DNA of 64,000 nucleotides, from positions 682 to 64,681 of the forward strand of contig JASJXV010000002.1 in assembly GCA_030123805.1 (NCBI GenBank), given 5' to 3'. Position numbers and translations under genes: made by a program. Source of the DNA: Gammaproteobacteria bacterium. GTDB taxonomy: Bacteria; Pseudomonadota; Gammaproteobacteria; Pseudomonadales; Azotimanducaceae. Shown in pieces: positions 57,451-64,000 of the stretch; the first letter of the stretch is position 1; every line of letters starts with the position of its first letter. The notes beneath the pieces are model-generated. The model saw only the letters and a list, made by a program, of their open reading frames with translations. It searched no databases and was not told the DNA's origin.

Positions 57451-57672
57451 TTATTCACAATTCGGGAAACTGCGCAGATTTTAATTGTAGGCCAACAGAA
57501 GAAGCGACAATTGCAATTTCGAAGCTCTTCGAAGTGATGTATCTTGTTGAATTGTATGGATAAAATAATTTGTATGAAAAGTGTACAAACTTCCGGTCGG
57601 CTAGTGAAATCAAGGCTGTAGCGACGATATCCAGAAGTTATCACCATAGTTATCCACAGAAATTGTGGATAA
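57451..57672. promoter_or_regulatory. Cluster of DnaA boxes in an AT-rich ~590-bp non-coding region
   Basis: Three matches to TTATNCACA: TTATTCACA (57451-57459), TTATCCACA (57650-57658) and TGTGGATAA (57664-57672). The last two point toward each other and are 5 bp apart. There is also a one-mismatch box, TATGGATAA, at 57555-57563. Confidence 0.5.
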
Positions 57673-57889
57673 TTCGAATGCAAACAGTAAATATGCGTAC
57701 CAAATGCAATAAGGGCATACTCACTTCTGGTTATGAGAACGAATTAGTAAGTATTTAATGATTTTAATGCCATTCAGGAATAACCAGGTTGTGAATCTGC
57801 AGGCAAAGATACTTGACGGACAAACATGGATTTTGGGTCAGGCAGTGTTATCCAGCCTGAATTGATAGTTGCTAGAGGACTGAATTCGA

Positions 57890-58480
57890 ATGAGGGTTTT
57901 TGTGCTAAAGGCGCGAAAGGCTCCCACGGACAGCACGCCTTTCCTGGCCTCAGTGGGACAGGACGCGCATGTGGAAATTCTCGCTCATGCTTTAATGAAT
58001 GCCCTGTTTATCTCCAAATCCCATAGAGATGATGTCATTGTCCATCTAGTACTTGAGAGCAGTCGGGATTATTCTCGAACGATCACCTTCACCGCTTCAG
58101 AAATAGGCGACCTGGGTGGTTTTGCTGAGCAAGCCTTGCTGAATGCCATTGCGCGGGCACTGGATGCCGCGCGAGACTTGAAAAAGGCGGCAGCGGTTGA
58201 AGTGGAAGCTGGAGTGAAGGTCAGGGCGTTGAGCTTTGAACATTTGATTAAGGAACTGTCAAAGAGCTATCCCATATATCTGCTGGACAGGAAAGGAGTT
58301 GATATACGCAAGGTAGAATTCGCCGGAGATGTTTGCTTCTTGCTGACCGATCACATTCCCATAGCAAGGAAAACCCTTAATAGTATTAAACGCCTGGGTG
58401 CAATAAAGATCAGTCTGGGACCCAGGATGTTGTTTGCAGCGCAATGTATCGTTTTGATTCACAATGAATTGGACAGATAA
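57890..58480 (+). CDS. SPOUT-class methyltransferase resembling archaeal TrmY (DUF358 / tRNA pseudouridine-54 N1-methyltransferase)
   Basis: 196 aa. MRVFVLKARKAPTD..., FLLTDHIPI and KISLGPRMLFAAQCIVLIHNELD follow the pattern I remember for TrmY/DUF358 (MR.F.i.a..a, F.LGDH.g, SLG...l.a.h.i...n..LD). Not verified by search. Confidence 0.6.
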   Translation: MRVFVLKARKAPTDSTPFLASVGQDAHVEILAHALMNALFISKSHRDDVIVHLVLESSRDYSRTITFTASEIGDLGGFAEQALLNAIARALDAARDLKKAAAVEVEAGVKVRALSFEHLIKELSKSYPIYLLDRKGVDIRKVEFAGDVCFLLTDHIPIARKTLNSIKRLGAIKISLGPRMLFAAQCIVLIHNELDR

Positions 58481-58481
58481 A

Positions 58482-58565
58482 AAAAAGGGGACGGAGCCAT
58501 TACTTTTAGATCAACAGGTGGGTCTACAGGGATTAATCTAAAAGTAATGGCTCCGTCCCCTTTTT
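58482..58565 (+). terminator. 84-bp hairpin of the GGGGACGGAG-core family (30-bp perfect arms, 24-nt loop); likely intrinsic terminator
   Basis: The left arm 58482-58511 (AAAAAGGGGACGGAGCCATTACTTTTAGAT) is the exact reverse complement of 58536-58565. It starts 2 nt after the stop codon of the upstream gene, and the right arm ends in TTTTT. Confidence 0.75.
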
Positions 58566-58659
58566 GAAGCTCGATGTTCACGAACAAAAACCGCAGTTGT
58601 ACACGGTTCAAGATTAGGGAATAATCTGCCGCTCTTGTTTGTTCATACGTGGTATATAT

Positions 58660-59343
58660 ATGTCGGATCGTAAAGAAACAATCGCCATTTTGGGCGGTAC
58701 CGGGGATCTGGGTGGTGGTCTGGCAAGAAGATGGTCTCGTGCCGGGTACAGCATAGTCATCGGTTCCAGGACCCTGGAAAAAGGCAGGGCCGCAGCGTCT
58801 GATTTGTTGGCAGAGTTCCCTGATCTGAATGTTACGGGGATGGAGAATCTTGATGCCGCAAAGGCAGCAGATCTGGTTGTTCTCACAGTACCCTTCGCAC
58901 ACCAGCTAAGCACGCTTGAGTCAGTGCGTGAGGGATTAGTCGGTAAGATTCTGATTGATGTCACTGTACCTCTTATACCGCCAAAAGTGGGTACTGTGCA
59001 ACTGCCGGAGCATGGATCTGCAGCAGTTATGGCGCAAGACTTGCTCGGTAATGAAGTTCAGGTTGTTTCTGCTTTCCAGAATGTCGGTGCGCAACATCTG
59101 AGAGAAGATCATGCAATTGCTTGTGATGTTCTGGTGACAGGAAACAAGCGTGATGCCAGGGAAAAAGTGATCTTCCTGGTAACAGAGGCCGGTTTGAAGG
59201 GGTGGCACGCGGGACCTCTGGCCAACGCCGCCGCCGCAGAAGCGCTGACATCCGTATTGATCAGCATTAACAAACATCACAAGATTGATGCTGCCGGAAT
59301 TGTTATTACCGGTGAACCCGAGAACGAATCAGAATGCAATTGA
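58660..59343 (+). CDS. npdG: NADPH-dependent F420 reductase
   Basis: IAILGGTGDLGGGLARRWSRAGYSIVIGSR provides the Rossmann motif, and the overall pattern is NpdG-like. The gene overlaps cofE by 10 nt. Confidence 0.75.
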   Translation: MSDRKETIAILGGTGDLGGGLARRWSRAGYSIVIGSRTLEKGRAAASDLLAEFPDLNVTGMENLDAAKAADLVVLTVPFAHQLSTLESVREGLVGKILIDVTVPLIPPKVGTVQLPEHGSAAVMAQDLLGNEVQVVSAFQNVGAQHLREDHAIACDVLVTGNKRDAREKVIFLVTEAGLKGWHAGPLANAAAAEALTSVLISINKHHKIDAAGIVITGEPENESECN

Positions 59344-60107
59344 CCTTCACTGCAGTGGCAGGGATCCCCATGATTGAACCGGGTGACGACCTGGTTGCCA
59401 TCCTGGGGGAAGCGCTATCCGCAATGCATGCATCCCTGCGACATGATGATATTCTGGTAATCGCGCAAAAGATTATCTCCAAGGCGGAAGATCGTTACAT
59501 AAACCTGAATGATATCGAGCCCAGTACAGAGGCCATACATCTGGCTGCAGAGGTGGAGAAGGATCCCCGCCACGTGGAGGTCATTCTCTCTGAATCTAAT
59601 GCAGTGGTGCGTAAAAGACCGGGTGTTCTGGTAGTGGAACACAAGCTCGGTTTTGTGCATGCCAACGCAGGGATTGATCAGTCGAATATTGATCACACGG
59701 ACGGTCGGGAAAGGGTGCTTCTGTTACCCAACAACCCCGATGCGAGCGCTCAAAAAATTCGGCAAGGTATTCGAGAGAGATACAGCGTCAACGTTGCCGT
59801 CATCATCAATGACAGCATCGGCAGAGCATGGCGAATGGGTTCTCTGGGCCTGGCTATAGGGGTATCGGGATTTACTGCTCTGGAAGACTATGTAGGCTGC
59901 ACGGATATCTTTGGACGCGAATTGGTGGTAACACAAGTCGGTGCTGCCGATGAAATGGCGGCTGGTGCATCTCTGGTTATGGGGCAAACGGATGAGAAAA
60001 CACCTGTTGTGCTGGTACGGGGGTATCAACCAAAAGAACCGGAAGATGAATCCCTGCGCGGTGTGCAGCCGTTGATTCGGCCTAAAGAGCAGGATCTGTT
60101 CAGGTGA
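59334..60107 (+). CDS. cofE: Coenzyme F420-0:L-glutamate ligase (single-domain CofE type)
   Basis: IPMIEPGDDL, VIAQKIISKAEDR and KLGFVHANAGIDQSN are present. At 257 aa it has no FbiB-type C-terminal nitroreductase domain. Confidence 0.85.
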   Translation: MQLTFTAVAGIPMIEPGDDLVAILGEALSAMHASLRHDDILVIAQKIISKAEDRYINLNDIEPSTEAIHLAAEVEKDPRHVEVILSESNAVVRKRPGVLVVEHKLGFVHANAGIDQSNIDHTDGRERVLLLPNNPDASAQKIRQGIRERYSVNVAVIINDSIGRAWRMGSLGLAIGVSGFTALEDYVGCTDIFGRELVVTQVGAADEMAAGASLVMGQTDEKTPVVLVRGYQPKEPEDESLRGVQPLIRPKEQDLFR

Positions 60108-61096
60108 GCGACTCCGGTGGGGCAACGGCCAGCAAGTATTTGGCTATTTCCGGTGGTGTGGGCGGAGCCAAACTTGCCCTTGGTTTAGCCAGGGTGTTGG
60201 CACCGCATCAATTATCAATCGTGACCAATACCGCGGATGACTTCGATCACCTGGGATTAAGAATCTGTCCGGACCTGGATACCGTAATGTATACGCTGGC
60301 TGACCTCAACAACAAAGAGCAGGGCTGGGGACTGGAAGGTGAGACATGGAATTTTCTCGCTGCATTGCGGAATCTTGGTGACGAAACCTGGTTCCAGTTA
60401 GGTGATCGTGATCTGGCAACTCATCTGACCAGAACGGCGATGCTGAATCAGGGGTTAACCCTCTCGGAAGTGACACGGTACCTGTGTACAAAACTGGGAG
60501 TGAATCATCAGGTGTTTCCGATGACTGATTCCAGAGTGGCTACCCAGGTTCTGCTCAAGGCGGGTGGCAAGTTGTCCTTTCAGCATTACTTTGTGCGAGA
60601 CAGGTGTCAACCAGAGGTTGTCGGGTTTAGATTTGACAACATAGATGCGGCAACACCCAGTCCGGCTTTTCAGGAAGTTTTACACGACCCACAACTTGCA
60701 GCGGTTATAATATGTCCGTCCAATCCATTTGTATCGGTGGATCCTGTTTTATCCATACCAGGTATCAGAAATATGTTGAGAGATGTTGCAGCACCCGTTA
60801 TCGCCGTCTCTCCCATCGTCGGTGGCCAGGCTCTGAAAGGCCCAACTGCCAAGATGATGAAAGAATTGAATATGCCGCAGAGTGCAGTTTCTGTGGCGCG
60901 ACACTATGCTGACTTGCTGGACGGTTTCGTGTTGGATCATGAGGATGCCGAACTCCGACCCGTGGTAGAAGATATGGGGATAGCGACTATCGTCACTTCC
61001 TCAGTAATGATAACGTTAAAGGATCGGATACAATTAGCCGAAGATGCGTTGTCTTTTTCTCGCACCTTGACGAGAGGGATGTCTGAAAGCAGTTAG
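60104..61096 (+). CDS. cofD: 2-phospho-L-lactate transferase (LPPG:FO transferase)
   Basis: The GTG start overlaps the cofE stop (GTGA). ISGGVGGAKLALGL, GDRDLATHLTR and SNPFVS are motifs typical of CofD/FbiA. Confidence 0.85.
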   Translation: MSDSGGATASKYLAISGGVGGAKLALGLARVLAPHQLSIVTNTADDFDHLGLRICPDLDTVMYTLADLNNKEQGWGLEGETWNFLAALRNLGDETWFQLGDRDLATHLTRTAMLNQGLTLSEVTRYLCTKLGVNHQVFPMTDSRVATQVLLKAGGKLSFQHYFVRDRCQPEVVGFRFDNIDAATPSPAFQEVLHDPQLAAVIICPSNPFVSVDPVLSIPGIRNMLRDVAAPVIAVSPIVGGQALKGPTAKMMKELNMPQSAVSVARHYADLLDGFVLDHEDAELRPVVEDMGIATIVTSSVMITLKDRIQLAEDALSFSRTLTRGMSESS

Positions 61097-61199
61097 TTCC
61101 TCCCCGATTGTTAGATCACAGTGGTTGTTTCCTTTTACAGGTTATTGATAAATAGGTATAGCGAAGCATAATTTGAGTGTTGTTTGAGGAGAAAAACCT

Positions 61200-61961
61200 A
61201 TTTCAGGACAGGAACCAACCACGTGTGCAGTAGTACCAATCAAGGAATTGGCGAATGCCAAGCAGAGATTGGCGGGTGTACTAAGCGAATTAGAACGTCA
61301 GTCACTGTTTCAGGCAATGGTAGAGGATGTACTGTCAACCCTGGATAGTTGCGAACTGGTAGATGAATGTTGGGTTGTCACCAGGGATCCAGCCGTTAAG
61401 ATGCTGGCAGAAACCTATCATGCGAGGGTAATACCGGAACCTGAGAATTCCGGTCTGATTGCCGCCGTAACGGCGGCAGCCAGGCAGATGTCTGCTGAGG
61501 GTGTGCACCGATTAGTATTTGTTCCGGGCGATGTACCCATGGTGAGTGTAGAAGAGTTGAATATAGTGCTTACTGAATTGGGACCTGGTGATGAAATCGG
61601 GGACGCGGGTGCAGGCGATGCGGAATTTACAATCGTTCCGGCTCGGGACCTGGGTGGATCAAACTGCATATGTTGCTCGCCGCCGGATTGCATGAAATTC
61701 GGATTTGGCGAAGACAGCTTCAGAAGGCATTTGGGTTTCGCCAGAGAGTTGGGCATAAGACCACGAGTAACAAAATTGCCTGGATTGGGTCTTGATATAG
61801 ATACACCCGATGATCTGCTGCTGCTGATAAGCCGATTAAAAGCAGGTAAGATCCCCTCTCACACATGGCAGTATCTGGTTGCGAGTGGCATCAGCGAGCG
61901 ATTTGAATTGAAATTAAATTATTCCCGGGAGGCTGTCCGAAATGTCGGACCACGAGAATAG
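61200..61961 (+). CDS. cofC: F420 biosynthesis guanylyltransferase CofC/FbiD; start probably the non-canonical ATT at 61200
   Basis: The conserved N-terminal AVVPIKELANAKQRL lies upstream of the first canonical start (TTG 61248). The frame opens only after the TGA at 61185-61187. ATT at 61200 sits 8 nt after GAGGAG (61186-61191). Confidence 0.7.
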   Translation: MSGQEPTTCAVVPIKELANAKQRLAGVLSELERQSLFQAMVEDVLSTLDSCELVDECWVVTRDPAVKMLAETYHARVIPEPENSGLIAAVTAAARQMSAEGVHRLVFVPGDVPMVSVEELNIVLTELGPGDEIGDAGAGDAEFTIVPARDLGGSNCICCSPPDCMKFGFGEDSFRRHLGFARELGIRPRVTKLPGLGLDIDTPDDLLLLISRLKAGKIPSHTWQYLVASGISERFELKLNYSREAVRNVGPRE

Positions 61962-62019
61962 CGACCCAAACCCTGAACACATGATATGTGTGTGTTGAAC
62001 TGATTGTTGGAAGAGTGAA

Positions 62020-64000
62020 ATGAAGAATATAATAAATCTGCTGACCCAAGCCACCTCAGGCAGTCTATCGGACCAAGAGGTGCTAAGCTTTGCCGAAGTG
62101 ACTGAAACCGATCTGCTCGCGGAGGCAGCAGCAGATATTCGAGACCAGGGATTCCAGAATCTGGTTTCATACTCGCGTAAGGTATTCATTCCTTTAACCC
62201 ACCTGTGTCGAGATGTATGCCACTATTGCACCTTTGCCCAGGTTCCAAGAAAAATAAAAGCACCGTTTCTCACCCGTGAACAGGTACTGTCGATTGCCCA
62301 ACAAGGCGCCGAAGCCGGTTGCAAGGAAGCGCTTTTTACCCTGGGAGATAAGCCGGAACTGCGTTACAAGGCTGCACGAGAAGGACTTGAGGAGTTAGGT
62401 CACGAATCGACTCTGGCGTATCTGGCTGAAGTCGCAGAAATGGTGTTTGATGAAACGGGACTTCTTCCCCATCTGAATCCTGGCTTGATGACACTTGCAG
62501 AGATCAAGTCTCTGCGAACTCTGTCTGTCTCCATGGGTATCATGCTTGAGAGTGCATCGTTGCGATTAACCGAGAAGGGTATGCCGCACCATGGGTCTCC
62601 GGACAAGGTTCCGGAACGGCGTTATGAAACCATGCGCAATGCAGGAGAGGCTGCTGTACCCTTCACTTCGGGTATTCTGATCGGCATAGGTGAAACCCGT
62701 AGAGAACGTTTGGAATCACTCCTCGCATTAAGAGATATGCATAATCAATATGGACACATCCAGGAAATCATCATACAAAATTTCAGGGCCAAACCCGATA
62801 CGCGTATGGCAAACGCCCCGGAACCTGACCTGAATGAGCTGCTATGGACCATTGCCATGGCCAGAATCACTTTTGGATCTGGCATGAATATTCAGGCGCC
62901 TCCCAATTTGAGCCCGGGCGTGCTCAAGCAAATAGTTTCAGCCGGTATAAATGACTGGGGAGGTGTGTCACCGGTCACTCCGGATTTTGTAAACCCGGAA
63001 GCACCCTGGCCCCATCTTGAGGATCTTGCTAACGAAACTGCTGCAGCAGGAAAGCATCTGGTTGAGCGGCTTGCCCTGTATCCGAATTATGCAATGAATG
63101 TGGATCGTTGGGTGGACCCGATTCTACAAGGGAAAGTGCTGGGTCACATTGATGGACAGGGTTTTGTCAGGAACGAGAATTGGTCAGCAGGTGTTGTAAT
63201 CGATCCGCCGAAGCAAGTTCTGCATGCTGTAACAGCCGTTCCTAAAACAAACGCCAGTAAGGATCTTAACGACATTCTGATAAAAGCCAAACAAGGTGAA
63301 GATCTGGCAGAGCATGAGGTGATTCGATTACTTCAAGCCAGGGATGCTGATTTTACGCATGTATGCCAGGCTGCGGATGAGATTCGCAGACAGGTTAATG
63401 GCGATAAAGTCACTTATGTTGTCAATCGTAATATCAACTACACCAATGTCTGTTATTTCAAGTGCCAGTTTTGCGCCTTCTCCAAGGGTAAGATGAGCGA
63501 AAACTTGCGGGGGCGTCCGTATAATCTGGAACCGGAAGAAATAATGCGGCGAACGCGCGAAGCCTGGGACAGAGGCGCGTCAGAAGTATGCCTGCAGGGC
63601 GGCATTCATCCGGAATACGATGGCAATACCTACATCAATATCTGCCATTCCATAAAGCAGGTAGTCCCGGAAATGCATATCCATGCGTTTTCACCCCTGG
63701 AGGTGTGGCAGGGTGCACATACATTGGGACTGGAATTGGAAGAATACCTGGGTCAACTCAAGGAAGCAGGTCTCGGTACATTACCGGGTACTGCTGCCGA
63801 AATACTCGATGATGAAGTCAGGGCAACACTCTGTCCGGATAAGATTAACTCCAATCAATGGCTGCAAGTGATGGAGGCGGCACACAAGGTTGGATTCAAC
63901 ACCACAGCCACAATCATGTGTGGACATATTGAGGCGTATAAACATGTCGCCCGTCACCTGCTGAAATTGAGAGATTTGCAGAAAAAAACGGCTGGGTTTA
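62020..64000 (+). CDS. fbiC: FO synthase, fused CofG-CofH (FbiC), 3' end outside window
   Basis: Not in the ORF track because no stop is reached. ATG is at 62020. The first radical-SAM motif is CRDVCHYC (about 62206-62229) and the second is CYFKCQFC (about 63451-63474). I translated 62020-62250 and 63421-64000 by hand, and both parts are open and FbiC-like. Confidence 0.85.
   Translation, partial: MKNIINLLTQATSGSLSDQEVLSFAEVTETDLLAEAAADIRDQGFQNLVSYSRKVFIPLTHLCRDVCHYCTFAQVPRKIKAPFLTREQVLSIAQQGAEAGCKEALFTLGDKPELRYKAAREGLEELGHESTLAYLAEVAEMVFDETGLLPHLNPGLMTLAEIKSLRTLSVSMGIMLESASLRLTEKGMPHHGSPDKVPERRYETMRNAGEAAVPFTSGILIGIGETRRERLESLLALRDMHNQYGHIQEIIIQNFRAKPDTRMANAPEPDLNELLWTIAMARITFGSGMNIQAPPNLSPGVLKQIVSAGINDWGGVSPVTPDFVNPEAPWPHLEDLANETAAAGKHLVERLALYPNYAMNVDRWVDPILQGKVLGHIDGQGFVRNENWSAGVVIDPPKQVLHAVTAVPKTNASKDLNDILIKAKQGEDLAEHEVIRLLQARDADFTHVCQAADEIRRQVNGDKVTYVVNRNINYTNVCYFKCQFCAFSKGKMSENLRGRPYNLEPEEIMRRTREAWDRGASEVCLQGGIHPEYDGNTYINICHSIKQVVPEMHIHAFSPLEVWQGAHTLGLELEEYLGQLKEAGLGTLPGTAAEILDDEVRATLCPDKINSNQWLQVMEAAHKVGFNTTATIMCGHIEAYKHVARHLLKLRDLQKKTAGF

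Noticed and set aside
57351-57683. 110-aa minus-strand ORF and a 62-aa plus-strand ORF (57570-57758) in the AT-rich gap.
   Set aside because: There is no ribosome-binding site or recognisable motif. The products are rich in Ile/Phe/Asn/Cys, as expected from AT-rich non-coding DNA, and the two ORFs overlap each other and the DnaA-box cluster.
57299-57889. I considered calling the DnaA-box region the chromosomal origin (oriC).
   Set aside because: Only three to four boxes are present. I could not identify an obvious AT-rich 13-mer-type unwinding array or GATC clustering. The flanking genes (acyl-CoA synthetase, crotonase remnant, trmY-like) are not typical origin neighbours. It is kept as a finding, but not annotated as oriC.

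Overview
This 64-kb segment looks chromosomal and Gram-negative. By gene content it is most likely an environmental or marine-type gammaproteobacterium, which is inference only. G+C is roughly 45-52% by eye. About 50 protein-coding genes are packed densely on both strands. I saw no rRNA, tRNA or CRISPR array. Most genes encode peripheral metabolism and envelope functions: MFS/MATE transporters, M20/M28/M3 peptidases, an Ntn-type acylase, acyl-CoA ligases/dehydrogenase/crotonase, GST, SDR, DsbA-like proteins and two-component systems. Stand-out elements, left to right: (1) A small variable islet at 4.5-8.5 kb holds a gdhA remnant with two internal deletions, a complete 1420-bp IS3-family element (25-bp imperfect terminal inverted repeats, A-AAA-G frameshift motif), and a PIN-domain toxin gene translationally coupled to an unusually long 305-aa acidic partner. 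(2) A visibly G+C-richer AddB-like/AddA-like helicase-nuclease gene pair lies at 8.9-15.0 kb. (3) A family of intergenic repeats shares the core AAAGGGGACGGAG at three loci, including an 88-bp perfect loop-less palindrome (15034-15121) and an 84-bp hairpin (58482-58565). (4) Two tandem GAPDH paralogs are present, and the upstream one lacks the catalytic cysteine. (5) A PspA-like/membrane/VWA/NUDIX gene string is divergent from an OmpR-type two-component system, with 11-bp-phased direct repeats in the shared promoter region. (6) A coenzyme F420 biosynthesis cluster (npdG-cofE-cofD-cofC-fbiC) runs off the right edge. It is preceded by a TrmY-like SPOUT methyltransferase gene (a mainly archaeal family) and an AT-rich non-coding region with three consensus DnaA boxes. 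Three decayed genes (gdhA, a Zn-ADH, a crotonase) suggest ongoing gene loss. My best candidates for something undescribed are the PIN/305-aa pair and the GGGGACGGAG palindrome family, and neither is proven. All family assignments come from motif recognition by eye, not from database searches.
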